From Candidatus Woesearchaeota archaeon (GTDB lineage: Archaea; Nanobdellota; Nanobdellia; Pacearchaeales; GW2011-AR1), in assembly GCA_964653965.1 (NCBI GenBank), contig CAZZFU010000002.1, forward strand, positions 1 through 37,508: a stretch of DNA of 37,508 nt, written 5' to 3'. The translations under genes were made by a program, and so were the position numbers. Shown here one piece after another: positions 7,443-15,995 of the stretch (position 1 is the stretch's first letter; each line of letters starts with the position of its first letter). Below the pieces are notes generated by a model. The model did no database searches. It had not been told where the DNA came from and worked only from the letters and a program-made list of their open reading frames with translations.

Positions 7443-8522
7443 ATGGTATTAGATTTTGCAAAAGAGGCAATAGCAAATACAGAAAGCCATAGCATTAATT
7501 TTGATGAACTTAGAGCTGGAAAAGCAAATATTAAGGTTGTTGGAGTTGGTGGAATGGGTTGTAATGCAGTAACATGGCTATTTAACAAAGGTATTAATGG
7601 TGCTTCAATTTATGCAGCAAATACAGATGCTTTACATTTGAGTGTTACTAAAGCAGATGAAAAAGTTTTGATTGGTAAAGAATTGACTCGTGGATTAGGT
7701 TGTGGTGGAGCACCTCAAAGAGGTAGAGAAGCTGCAAAAGAAGCAATAGTTGATATCAAAAAGATGGTTGGTGGAGCAGATATGGTGTTTATCATTGCTG
7801 GAGAAGGTGGTGGAACAGGAACAGGTGCAGCACCAGTAATTGCTCAACTTGCTAAAGAAACTGGAGCAGTTGTTATTGGAGTAGTAACTATGCCTTTTGA
7901 ATCAGAAAAAGCAAGAATTGACAAAGCTGAATTTGGATTACAAGAACTTAGAGAAGTAACAGACACATGCATTGTTCTTGATAATAATAGGCTTGTTGAT
8001 ATTGCAGGACAATTACCTATTGAACAGGCTTTTGCAGTTGCAAATGAACTTGTGAGCACTATGGTTAAAGGAATTGTAGAGACAATCACACTTCCAAGTT
8101 TGATTAATTTGGATTATGCAGATGTTTCAGCAATTATGAAAGACGGTGGTGTTTCAGTTATTGGTATTGGAGAAGCAGATACACAAGACCGTGTTATGGA
8201 AGCAGTAAAGCAAGCCCTTACACATCCTCTACTTGACGTGGATTATCAAGGTGCGAGCGGAGCTTTAATACATGTTACGTGTGGACCTGATTTGAAATTA
8301 GAAGAGTTTGATGTAATTGGAAGAGCAGTTTCTGAAAATCTTAATCCAGAAGCACAAGTTATTATTGGGGCTAGAATTAGCAAAGAGTTTACTGGAAAAG
8401 TTCGAGTAATAACTATTATGACAGGAGTTTCATCTCCTTATGTGTTAGGAAGAAGTTTTGAAGAAGCTAGTGTTCCTGTATCAAGGGAAATGTCTGATTT
8501 AGGTATTGAAGTTATAAGATAA
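7443..8522 (+). CDS. ftsZ: Cell division GTPase FtsZ
   Basis: IKVVGVGGMGCNAV, tubulin signature GGGTGTGAAPVIA, and NTDALHL. The length of 359 aa is typical. Confidence 0.95.
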   Translation: MVLDFAKEAIANTESHSINFDELRAGKANIKVVGVGGMGCNAVTWLFNKGINGASIYAANTDALHLSVTKADEKVLIGKELTRGLGCGGAPQRGREAAKEAIVDIKKMVGGADMVFIIAGEGGGTGTGAAPVIAQLAKETGAVVIGVVTMPFESEKARIDKAEFGLQELREVTDTCIVLDNNRLVDIAGQLPIEQAFAVANELVSTMVKGIVETITLPSLINLDYADVSAIMKDGGVSVIGIGEADTQDRVMEAVKQALTHPLLDVDYQGASGALIHVTCGPDLKLEEFDVIGRAVSENLNPEAQVIIGARISKEFTGKVRVITIMTGVSSPYVLGRSFEEASVPVSREMSDLGIEVIR

Positions 8523-8532
8523 TTTTTTATTT

Positions 8533-8569
8533 TTGCCTTTTCTTTTATGGGGGAGAAAAGGCAATTTTT
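8533..8569 (+). terminator. Hairpin plus T-run downstream of ftsZ
   Basis: TTGCCTTTTC (8533-8542) pairs with GAAAAGGCAA (8555-8564) and is followed by TTTTT (8565-8569). A further T-run lies directly after the stop codon. Confidence 0.5.
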
Positions 8570-8621
8570 AGTAAAGTTTTTATATTGTTTTTTGTTATTT
8601 ATTTAGTAAAAAAGAGGGAAA

Positions 8622-9071
8622 ATGACAATTATAAATAAATTTAATGTTATTAAATTAGCTCTATTTTTAGGGTTATTTGGGTTTTTTATTGGAATCATAG
8701 CAGATATAGCTTTTGCAATAATCTATTTTTTAGGTTCATCTTATAATGTTTTTGATTTATTAGGAATTGGATTTGGAATAAGTTTAGGAATTTTTCCTAT
8801 TGCTTATGCTGTTATATCTTTTATAGTTGGATTAATTTTTGGATTGCTCATGAATTTGATTTTAAAAATAATTAGGGGACTGGATTTAGAGATGGATTTA
8901 GAAGAAACAACAACTTCTCCAAAAACACCTTCTTCTTTAAAGACAAAAACTGCTTTAGAGAAACCAGTTTCAAGTTCTGTAAAGTCATCAACGACAAATT
9001 CAACATCAATTCCTCAAATGACTAATTCAAAAACAACAGCAAAAACTCCTACTTCAGAATCATCTTCTTAA
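8622..9071 (+). CDS. Small membrane protein with a Ser/Thr-rich disordered C-terminal tail
   Basis: Three hydrophobic segments, then TTTSPKTPSSLKTKT...SSTTNSTS...TPTSESSS. A GAGGG SD-like element precedes the ATG. Confidence 0.55.
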   Translation: MTIINKFNVIKLALFLGLFGFFIGIIADIAFAIIYFLGSSYNVFDLLGIGFGISLGIFPIAYAVISFIVGLIFGLLMNLILKIIRGLDLEMDLEETTTSPKTPSSLKTKTALEKPVSSSVKSSTTNSTSIPQMTNSKTTAKTPTSESSS

Positions 9072-9078
9072 TTAATAA

Positions 9079-9669
9079 CTAAAAAGCTTCTTTTTCTTTT
9101 GCTCTTCCTACTTTTACTCCTTCTACTAATCTAGGTTTTCTTTTAGTATTTTTATAGATATTAAAATAAAGAGCTTTGTCTAAATCTGATTTTACTCTTT
9201 TCTTTAAAGGTTTTTTAAATTCATATCCAATAGGAAACATTGCTTCAACATTTATTTCTTCAGGAATTCTTAGTGTTCTTTTTACTTGTTCTTCTATAAA
9301 ATGTCCTATCCAGCAAGTTGATAATTTTTTTTCTGTTATGTTTAATAAAAAATTCTGAATTGCTGCTCCTGCTTGCTGTCTACAGTAAATTTCTCCTCTT
9401 TTTTCATAGGCATTTACTGTTCTAGAAAGATCTGAGCATACTACTAAAACATAAGAAGTTTGTTGAATAAAATTCTGTTGAGCTGCTTCTGCTAATTTTA
9501 TTATTTTTTCTTTGTCATCTACTAAAATAAATTTTAATGTGAAATTACCTCCTGCCATTGGAGAATATCTCATACTATCTATACAATCAAAAATATCTCT
9601 CCAATCAGGTATTTGGCTTTTGAATCTTCTTACACTGTGTCTTTCTCTAATTGCTTTGTTTAATTCCAT
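9079..9669 (-). CDS. Nitroreductase-family protein
   Basis: N-terminal AIRERHSVRRFKSQ is the typical nitroreductase R-x-S-x-R-x-F motif. The size fits the family. Confidence 0.8.
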   Translation of the reverse strand: MELNKAIRERHSVRRFKSQIPDWRDIFDCIDSMRYSPMAGGNFTLKFILVDDKEKIIKLAEAAQQNFIQQTSYVLVVCSDLSRTVNAYEKRGEIYCRQQAGAAIQNFLLNITEKKLSTCWIGHFIEEQVKRTLRIPEEINVEAMFPIGYEFKKPLKKRVKSDLDKALYFNIYKNTKRKPRLVEGVKVGRAKEKEAF

Positions 9670-9719
9670 AATTAGATTTAGAAATAGAGATATATAAATT
9701 TTGGGTTTTAATAGTAAAA

Positions 9720-9851
9720 CGTCCCGAGGAGGACTCGAACCTCCGACACCATGGTAACTGTCTTATCCATTAAGAGTTGTTGGATTAATAAAAACCTGCT
9801 GGAGGTTTTTATGTTAACAGCCATGCGCTCTACCAACTGAGCTATCGGGAC
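9720..9851 (-). tRNA. tRNA-Asn (GTT) with a 59-nt intron at the canonical 37/38 position
   Basis: Minus strand: GTCCCGA-TA-GCTC-AGTTGGTA-GAGC-G-CATGG-CTGTTA [intron 9814..9756] A-CCATG-GTGTC-GGAGG-TTCGAGT-CCTCC-TCGGGAC-G. All stems are Watson-Crick. The anticodon GTT is at 9818-9816. No encoded CCA. Confidence 0.9.
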
Positions 9852-9872
9852 ATAAGAAAGCGAGAATTTTTT

Positions 9873-9882
9873 AATATTTAAA
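9873..9882 (-). promoter_or_regulatory. TATA-like box (TTTAAATATT on the minus strand) about 26 nt upstream of tRNA-Asn
   Basis: The position relative to tRNA 5' end 9851 fits archaeal TATA spacing. Confidence 0.4.
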
Positions 9883-9883
9883 G

Positions 9884-10384
9884 TTATTCTTTCAAACCTA
9901 AATCTATAATGGGTTTTGGTTGATTTTTTTCTAAATGAGCATATACATTTGATTGTTTTGCTCCTTTAATTATTGAAATTATAGCTTCTTGTGCATTTTC
10001 AATAAGTTCTGGAGATCCTATTACTCCTATATAATTATCTTTTAATTCAAAATTACACTTAGTTAATTGACACAGAGTTTTTAGAGTTTTACCGCTTTTT
10101 CCAATGACTCTTGCTCTTATTCTATTTAAATCTCTTCTTGTAGTATAATCCTTTATATTTAAAATTTCAAATTCTAAATCTTCTTCTTTAATTGAGATTG
10201 CTATTGAAAAAGGAAATCCAAAATTTATAGCTTCAATTACTTTTTCAGCAAGATATTCATCTTCTGGTTTTCCATTAATATAAACTTCCTTTCCTCTATT
10301 TGTTATTTTTATCTTTAGTTTCTTTTCTAATCTTGCTTTATTTTTTAGAATTCTTGGAAGTTTTTCAGATAATATTGTTTTCAT
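9884..10384 (-). CDS. KH-domain RNA-binding protein (archaeal Dim2/Pno1-like)
   Basis: Two KH-like modules, including VIGKSGKTLKTL (GxxG loop) and VIGSPELIENAQEAI. It lies next to aIF1A, as is common in archaea. Confidence 0.75.
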   Translation of the reverse strand: MKTILSEKLPRILKNKARLEKKLKIKITNRGKEVYINGKPEDEYLAEKVIEAINFGFPFSIAISIKEEDLEFEILNIKDYTTRRDLNRIRARVIGKSGKTLKTLCQLTKCNFELKDNYIGVIGSPELIENAQEAIISIIKGAKQSNVYAHLEKNQPKPIIDLGLKE

Positions 10385-10390
10385 CTCTTG

Positions 10391-10702
10391 TTAAAATTCA
10401 GATTTTTCTGCTTCTAGATATTTATTTTTTCTAAGCCACATAATTTGACTTTTATTATATTTAAATAAAACATCTCCTTTTGAATCATCTAATTCCCAGG
10501 GTTCAATAATAACTACATCATTTGGTCTTAACCATAATTTTCTTTTTAATCTTCCAGGAACTCTGCAATTTCGAGTTTTTCCATCTAGACAATTTACACT
10601 CATTTTATTTCCTCCGAGCCTCTGCTCTATAATTCCAATAACTTCTTTTCCTCTAGGTAATTTTGCTCTTTGAATTTTTTGTTCTTCATTATTTTTTTCC
10701 AT
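10391..10702 (-). CDS. eif1a: Translation initiation factor aIF-1A
   Basis: S1-like OB core: GIIEQRLGGNKMSVNCLDGKTRNCRVPGRLKRKLWLRPNDVVIIEPWE. Confidence 0.9.
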   Translation of the reverse strand: MEKNNEEQKIQRAKLPRGKEVIGIIEQRLGGNKMSVNCLDGKTRNCRVPGRLKRKLWLRPNDVVIIEPWELDDSKGDVLFKYNKSQIMWLRKNKYLEAEKSEF

Positions 10703-10736
10703 ATTTATTCAAACTTAAATTGTTTTATAAATTTAA

Positions 10737-11036
10737 TTAAATTAAAACAAGTGCAAATGGAATCTCTTGTATTTTTTTTATTCCTGCTTTTTCAATTATT
10801 CCTGCTTTTAGTGCAGCATTTATAGACTTTTCACCGACAATATTAAAAGTTGCATCTTCTTTTGACATTTCTTGCATTATTTTTATGGCTTGCTCTTCGT
10901 CTTTTTCTTCACCTTTAAAAAAAGATTCTTTTATATCTAATTGAAATTTTTCTTGTTCAAATCTTTTTCCAAGTAATTCAGAATCACAAATTGCAATTAC
11001 ATCTCTATAGGATTTTATCACATTTACAATTACCAT
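10737..11036 (-). CDS. DUF424-family protein
   Basis: VIAICDSELLGKRFEQEKFQLDI...FFKGEE...NIVGEKSI...IPFALV matches the remembered DUF424 pattern. Confidence 0.55.
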   Translation of the reverse strand: MVIVNVIKSYRDVIAICDSELLGKRFEQEKFQLDIKESFFKGEEKDEEQAIKIMQEMSKEDATFNIVGEKSINAALKAGIIEKAGIKKIQEIPFALVLI

Positions 11037-11060
11037 ATAAAAAATAAAAAATAAGATTTA

Positions 11061-11252
11061 TTAAAAGTTTTTCTTAGCTTCACCAGATGCTATTGCTTTT
11101 TCTGCATTTTCTTTAGATATCATAGCACAAACAGTGACTCCTGTTTCAGGGCATTTTCCTTTTGCCATATATCCTCCACGAGCAGTTTGCACAATAACAG
11201 GGTCTTTTATCTTAACTTTTTTCTTTGCTTTAACACTATATCCTTCAACCAT
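11061..11252 (-). CDS. Small basic protein, DUF5679-like beta-ribbon with degenerate zinc ligands (possibly nucleic-acid binding)
   Basis: YSVKAKKKVKIKDPVIVQTARGGYMAKGKCPETGVTVCAMI aligns by eye to the remembered DUF5679 pattern yCvKCKkK.emkd...v..kNGR....G.CPvCGTkm, but the CxxC ligands are replaced. GGAGGC SD upstream. Confidence 0.35.
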   Translation of the reverse strand: MVEGYSVKAKKKVKIKDPVIVQTARGGYMAKGKCPETGVTVCAMISKENAEKAIASGEAKKNF

Positions 11253-11320
11253 TTTTAGCCTCCATTTACTTCTTTTTCTAAGGAATTTTTATTTTTTAAA
11301 CCTTCTGAATAAGGAATTTT

Positions 11321-11731
11321 CTATATTTTTCCTCTTACAGAGTGTTTTGCTCCACAAGCAAGACAATGAACAAAAGTTAGTCTGTCTTCTTTAATTAATT
11401 CAGTATCTGGTTTTTTACATTCCTTACATAACACAAATTCTTTAACATAGTCCTCTATTTTTGAATTTATTTTTGCACTTGGAATTCTATTGTTTAAAAC
11501 TAACCTCTCTCCTTCCATATTTCCAGAAGTTGCAAGTTCTCGAAGAATGAATTTTTGAAGATGTTCTGGTTTTCTTCTAAGATGAGAGGCAATATGCAAA
11601 AAATTTGTTAATATTGTTTTTTTTCCTTCAAAATGTCCCTCAATTTTAGGAATTTCAAATCTCTCTCCACTATGTTCTATTTTTTTTATTTTTTTATGTG
11701 CTTCTTCTAATAATTTTTCGTAATCTGTCAT
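11321..11731 (-). CDS. eif2b: Translation initiation factor aIF-2 beta subunit
   Basis: C-terminal zinc ribbon VLCKECKKPDTELIKEDRLTFVHCLACGA and N-terminal YEKLLEEA...RFEIPK, typical of aIF2-beta. Confidence 0.9.
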   Translation of the reverse strand: MTDYEKLLEEAHKKIKKIEHSGERFEIPKIEGHFEGKKTILTNFLHIASHLRRKPEHLQKFILRELATSGNMEGERLVLNNRIPSAKINSKIEDYVKEFVLCKECKKPDTELIKEDRLTFVHCLACGAKHSVRGKI

Positions 11732-11799
11732 GTTTAAAATGACAAAATAGAGTATATAAATTTTTATAAATTTGGATTGAATAGATTTTTAAAGATAAC

Positions 11800-12126
11800 A
11801 TGGTGAAGATTGAAGGCATTAGTGTCGAAGAACTGCACAAAAAACTAAAAATAAAAAGAATTGAGAAATTAGTTAAAGATGTTTTTGGAAAAAACATAGA
11901 TCTTTCTCAATGTGTTAATCTCTATGTTGGAGAAAAACCAAAGTTTTTGAATTATCTTAAAATGTCTTTTTCGAAACCTTTTCTTACTATTAACCTTTTC
12001 ATTGATAAAAACAGATTTTGTTTAAACGATAGAAAATATTTTGATAAAACATATGAATTTGCAAAGAAATATCAGGACTATTTTGGAGAAGAGACAACAA
12101 TTAAATTAGAGTATCCTAAAAAATAA
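11800..12126 (+). CDS. Hypothetical protein
   Basis: ORF only, 108 aa, with no recognised motif. It fills the gap between divergent and convergent neighbours. Confidence 0.45.
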   Translation: MVKIEGISVEELHKKLKIKRIEKLVKDVFGKNIDLSQCVNLYVGEKPKFLNYLKMSFSKPFLTINLFIDKNRFCLNDRKYFDKTYEFAKKYQDYFGEETTIKLEYPKK

Positions 12127-12750
12127 TCACCCCAAATATCTTACTTTTCCTGGACGAGGTTCAAATACAATACCTTCTTCTAGAAATTTTTGAATTTCCT
12201 GATTTATTATTACTGGAGAAATATCTTTTAATCCCATAATTATCTTATCTATTTCAATTCCTCCTTCATCTTCTGCACTTTTTATTGCGCCAAGAATCTT
12301 GTCTTTTACAGCAATTATTTGATCTCTTGCAATTGGTTCTTCCTTAGCTTTGTTTTTTTCTGTTTCTAATTTTCTTATTAATAGATATTTTGGATTTTTT
12401 TCCTTTATAATTTCAGGAGTAATATATAATTCATTGTTGAAATGTCTTAAAAATCCAATAATTAAAACAGTTTGTCCTTGAACTACATTCTTGAATCTTT
12501 CAACATCATCTGAAAAAATTCTTAGTTTTATTTGTCCAGAACCATCATCGAGAGTTAAAACAGAAAATCTTTTTTCTCCTTCACTATCAAATCTTTCAAC
12601 AATATTCCCTATTACATTTACTCTTATTATCTTTTTATTTCCTAGTTCTAAAAAAGAAAATCTTTCTCCATCTAATACTGGTTTTCCCATTAGAATATCT
12701 CCGATTCTTAATTTAAATGCAATATTTCTCTTAAATTGTTCATCTGCCAT
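12127..12750 (-). CDS. RPA32/Stn1-like single-stranded DNA-binding protein (OB fold plus C-terminal winged helix)
   Basis: OB-like core VNVIGNIVERF...FSVLTLDDGSGQIKLRIF...GQTVLIIG, and a C-terminal wHTH-like IDKIIMGLKDISPVIINQEIQKFLEEGIVFEPRPGKV. It lies directly downstream of mcm. Confidence 0.6.
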   Translation of the reverse strand: MADEQFKRNIAFKLRIGDILMGKPVLDGERFSFLELGNKKIIRVNVIGNIVERFDSEGEKRFSVLTLDDGSGQIKLRIFSDDVERFKNVVQGQTVLIIGFLRHFNNELYITPEIIKEKNPKYLLIRKLETEKNKAKEEPIARDQIIAVKDKILGAIKSAEDEGGIEIDKIIMGLKDISPVIINQEIQKFLEEGIVFEPRPGKVRYLG

Positions 12751-12802
12751 TGCGAGGACACCAAGGTTTCCTTCGTATAATCTTCCTTTTTTGTACGGAA
12801 TG

Positions 12803-12835
12803 GCGATTTCTTAAAATGCCTCCGATGGAAATCGC
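12803..12835 (-). promoter_or_regulatory. 8-bp hairpin in the mcm-rpa intergenic leader
   Basis: GCGATTTC (12803-12810) and GAAATCGC (12828-12835) flank a 17-nt loop containing GGAGG on the minus strand. TTTATAAA at 12881-12888 could be a promoter. Confidence 0.3.
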
Positions 12836-12894
12836 GAAAAAAACTTTTCCTATTTTGTTGTTCATTGAAAATATAAGATGTTTATAAAGTTTTG

Positions 12895-14946
12895 TTACAA
12901 TTTTTGAACATAGCCTTGCCTTGGCTGATAAATTACGCTGTTTTTTATTAATTCATTTATTGCATAGTCTATTTCATCTTTTGTTAATTTTTCCTCTAGT
13001 TCTTTTTCTATTTCTTCAATAGGAATTAAATCTCCTAATCTTTCTTTAAGTGCAGTTATTGTTTCTCTTACTATTAATACTTTGTTTCTTTTTGATGCAG
13101 TCATTCCTGTATATATCTTATCAATATCAAAGGTTTTAGATTCATAATCATATCCAACTTGCATTAAATAATATTTCATTAATTCAATTGCTTCTTTTGC
13201 ATCATCTTTTGTAACTAATTTACTTAATCTTATTTTTGCAGAGGCTTCAGACATACGAATTAAAGCTTGTAATTGCCGGGCAGATATTGGAATGGGCCTC
13301 ATTACACTTTCAGAAGAAACAGGACGATTTCTCAATTCAACGTAAAATTTTTTGAGTTCTTCTACTGCTTCATCAGTTAATTCAGGTTTTATTCTTTGTT
13401 TTGCATAAGCAACATATTTTCGAAATAATTCTTTTGGAATCAACATTTCTTCTCCTTCTTTTCTATGTTCTAATAAAACATGGCTTGCTATTTTTTCATC
13501 TTTTATCTTATCAGGAATGTCTCTTAAAGTGAATATAACATCAAATCTATTAATCAATGTTGGTGGAATATCAATCTGCTGAGCTATTGCTTGATAAGGA
13601 TCAAATCTTCCAAATTTTGGGTTTGCAGCTGCTAAAACAGAGGTTTCTGCTCTTAAAGTCGCCTGAACATTTGCTTTGCTGATTGTAACAGTTTGTTGCT
13701 CCATTGCTTCATGCATTGCACTTCTGTCTTGAGGGTCCATTTTTTCTAATTCATCTATACAAACCAATCCTTTATTTGATAGAACCATTGCACCTGCTTC
13801 TAAACTCCATCCCCTTAAATATTCATCTCTAACAACTGTTGCAGTTAATCCTGCCCCAGAAGTAGATTTTCCAACTACATATCTACCTTTAGGAGAGATT
13901 TTAGCCATAAATGCTAGAGTTACTGATTTTGCAACTCCTGGATCACCAATTAATAAAATATGAATATCTCCTCTACTTGTTTGACCGTCTGCATGAACTT
14001 TCTGGACTCCTCCAAATAATTGCAGAACTAATGATTTTTTTATTTCTTCATAACCCCATACACTAGGAGTAATGCTTCTTGCGAGTTTTTCAAATATTCT
14101 TGAATCTTGTGAAAGTTCTAATATTTGTGTTTCGTCTTCTTCATTTATATCTAATTCTTCAAAAGTTTCTTCTAAGGGAATTATATTATTAACTTCTATT
14201 GCTAATTCAAATCTTGTTGATAATCCTCCTGAACTTAAAGGAACTGGAACTTCTTTTAAAACTCCAATAATTTTAACTCTGCTTCCTGGAGTTGTTTTTT
14301 CTTCCATTTTTGGTTCAACTAAATCTTCTTTTAGGAAAACATTTATTCTTTTGGGCTGCTCTCCTCCTGAGAGAGATTCTGGAGATTCTTCAATAACTAG
14401 TCTTTGTGTGTCCACCATTTCCTTGCTTATTAGTTTAAATCCTCCTTTTCTTCCACACGAACATCTTGAAGGTTCTCTAAATTTTTTCTCTATTTGTAAA
14501 ACGCTTATAATTGTTCCACAGCTTGGACATTCGAATTTAGCATTTACAACTTGAGGTCTTACATCAGAAGATTGCCTAATTAGTCCTTCAACAATAATCA
14601 ATTCATTTAAATGTTTTGAACGAATGTTTCTCACTTTTATTTCTTGACTTTTTGGAAGATTAATTAATCTTATTCTCGAGTCTTTAATTAATCCTAATTC
14701 TTCAATTGCCAATTCAAATAAACTTAGAGCTTCTTCTGGATTTGAAAGAATTTCATCAGATAATTGATTGGAAAATTCAGTTAATTTAATAAAATCAATA
14801 TGTACAACATTATCACCTTTTCTAATGGAATCTCCTAATTCTTTTTTGTGAAATTCGAAAAAGTTCTTTGCTTCTATTAAAAATTCCTCTTTTTTAGATC
14901 TCTCATCTTTTTCATCCTCTTTGGGAATATCTATTTCTTCTTCCAT
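12895..14946 (-). CDS. mcm: MCM replicative helicase
   Basis: Zn motif CPSCG...CSCG, Walker A GDPGVAKS, Walker B CIDELEKM, arginine finger SVLAAANP...RFD. 683 aa with no intein. Confidence 0.95.
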   Translation of the reverse strand: MEEEIDIPKEDEKDERSKKEEFLIEAKNFFEFHKKELGDSIRKGDNVVHIDFIKLTEFSNQLSDEILSNPEEALSLFELAIEELGLIKDSRIRLINLPKSQEIKVRNIRSKHLNELIIVEGLIRQSSDVRPQVVNAKFECPSCGTIISVLQIEKKFREPSRCSCGRKGGFKLISKEMVDTQRLVIEESPESLSGGEQPKRINVFLKEDLVEPKMEEKTTPGSRVKIIGVLKEVPVPLSSGGLSTRFELAIEVNNIIPLEETFEELDINEEDETQILELSQDSRIFEKLARSITPSVWGYEEIKKSLVLQLFGGVQKVHADGQTSRGDIHILLIGDPGVAKSVTLAFMAKISPKGRYVVGKSTSGAGLTATVVRDEYLRGWSLEAGAMVLSNKGLVCIDELEKMDPQDRSAMHEAMEQQTVTISKANVQATLRAETSVLAAANPKFGRFDPYQAIAQQIDIPPTLINRFDVIFTLRDIPDKIKDEKIASHVLLEHRKEGEEMLIPKELFRKYVAYAKQRIKPELTDEAVEELKKFYVELRNRPVSSESVMRPIPISARQLQALIRMSEASAKIRLSKLVTKDDAKEAIELMKYYLMQVGYDYESKTFDIDKIYTGMTASKRNKVLIVRETITALKERLGDLIPIEEIEKELEEKLTKDEIDYAINELIKNSVIYQPRQGYVQKL

Positions 14947-15032
14947 GTTTAGAAAATGGAGTTTAAGTTTTTATAGATTTATATAGATTATAAAGTAGTT
15001 TTAGAATTTAATAGTTATTTTTGGGGAGTAAA

Positions 15033-15593
15033 TTACTTTTTATACTCTTTTTGAGCTGCCTTGACATTCTTTAATAACTGTGTCATGCTGTTTTCAAGTT
15101 GTTGTTTGTTCTTTGTTCCTGTGCAAACGAGTTTTCCATTGCTAAAGAGTAGAAAAGTAGCATTTGGTTCAATTAATTTATATACTAATCCTGGAAATTG
15201 TTCTGGTTCATATTCTGTATTTTCCATTTCTAAAGCTAAAAAATTAAGATTGAGCTTTAAATCAATTGTTCCAGAAGCAACAATATTCTGAACAGTTATT
15301 TTAGGTTTTGTAGTTATGCTTACATTTATTTTTTTTAATTGTTTTATAACAGCCTGAATAACTTTTCTAACTTGAGAAACTGATTTTGTTCCTGTGCACA
15401 CCAAATTTCCAGAAGAAAAAACTAAAACAGCTGATTTTGGTTCTTTTACCCTTAAAACTAATCCAGGAAATGTTTCTGGATTATATTCTGTATTTGGCTG
15501 TGTTCTGGCTAATTTTGTTAAAGGAATGGGTTTTTCTAGTGAAGTTGTTGCTACTATGTTTTGAATTTTATAATCGCTTGTTGCTTTTGCCAT
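15033..15593 (-). CDS. tbp: TATA-box binding protein
   Basis: Two direct repeats: IQNIVATTSL...EYNPETFPGLVLRV...VLVFSSGNLVCTGTKS and VQNIVASGTI...EYEPEQFPGLVYKL...FLLFSNGKLVCTGTKN. I chose the start at the internal ATG (MAKATSDYK), 8 codons inside the track ORF. Confidence 0.92.
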   Translation of the reverse strand: MAKATSDYKIQNIVATTSLEKPIPLTKLARTQPNTEYNPETFPGLVLRVKEPKSAVLVFSSGNLVCTGTKSVSQVRKVIQAVIKQLKKINVSITTKPKITVQNIVASGTIDLKLNLNFLALEMENTEYEPEQFPGLVYKLIEPNATFLLFSNGKLVCTGTKNKQQLENSMTQLLKNVKAAQKEYKK

Positions 15594-15696
15594 CTTATAA
15601 CAGTAAAATATTAGCAAAATTCATTTATAAAGGCTTCGACGGAAGATTATTTTAGACTATAACAATTCTTATAAACCCTTTTTTATGCTTTTAGTT

Positions 15697-15993
15697 ATGA
15701 TAATTGAACATAGATATAAGGGTACAAAGGAACATGCATATCAGCAGATTGACACTCTTATATCAGGTTTACAAAAACAATACGGAAATCAAATAAGTAA
15801 TCCTTCCACTTCTTGGAATTCCTCTAAGGATGAAATGTCCTTTACTTTTGGAGTTTATGGATTTACATTAAAAGGGAAAGTTCACATACAAAACGAAAAG
15901 GTTATTCTTGATGGTAAAGTTCCTCTTTTAGCTAGAGCTTTTCAAGGGAAAGCAGAAGCTCTTATTAAAGGGAAATTAGAAGAAATTCTTTAA
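15697..15993 (+). CDS. PHA_gran_rgn-like small protein (putative polyhydroxyalkanoic acid system protein family)
   Basis: MIIEHRY...AYQQIDTLISGLQKQY...SWNSSKDEMSFTF...GKVHIQNEKVILDGKVPLLARAFQGKAEALIKGKLEEIL follows the remembered TIGR02610 pattern. ATG 15697 lies about 25 nt after TTATAAA (15669-15675), so the transcript may be leaderless. An alternative start is at 15685. Confidence 0.5.
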   Translation: MIIEHRYKGTKEHAYQQIDTLISGLQKQYGNQISNPSTSWNSSKDEMSFTFGVYGFTLKGKVHIQNEKVILDGKVPLLARAFQGKAEALIKGKLEEIL

Positions 15994-15995
15994 TC

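Noticed and set aside
9802-9831. SD-preceded mini-ORF on the plus strand inside the tRNA-Asn gene (GGAGGT-N6-ATG, MLTAMRSTN)
   Set aside because: The 9-codon ORF is antisense to tRNA exon 1. The SD-like sequence is better explained as the complement of the intron hairpin.
14072-14554. 160-aa ORF on the plus strand inside mcm
   Set aside because: It is a shadow ORF antisense to the MCM OB and AAA+ region, with Ser/Leu-rich composition and no motifs.
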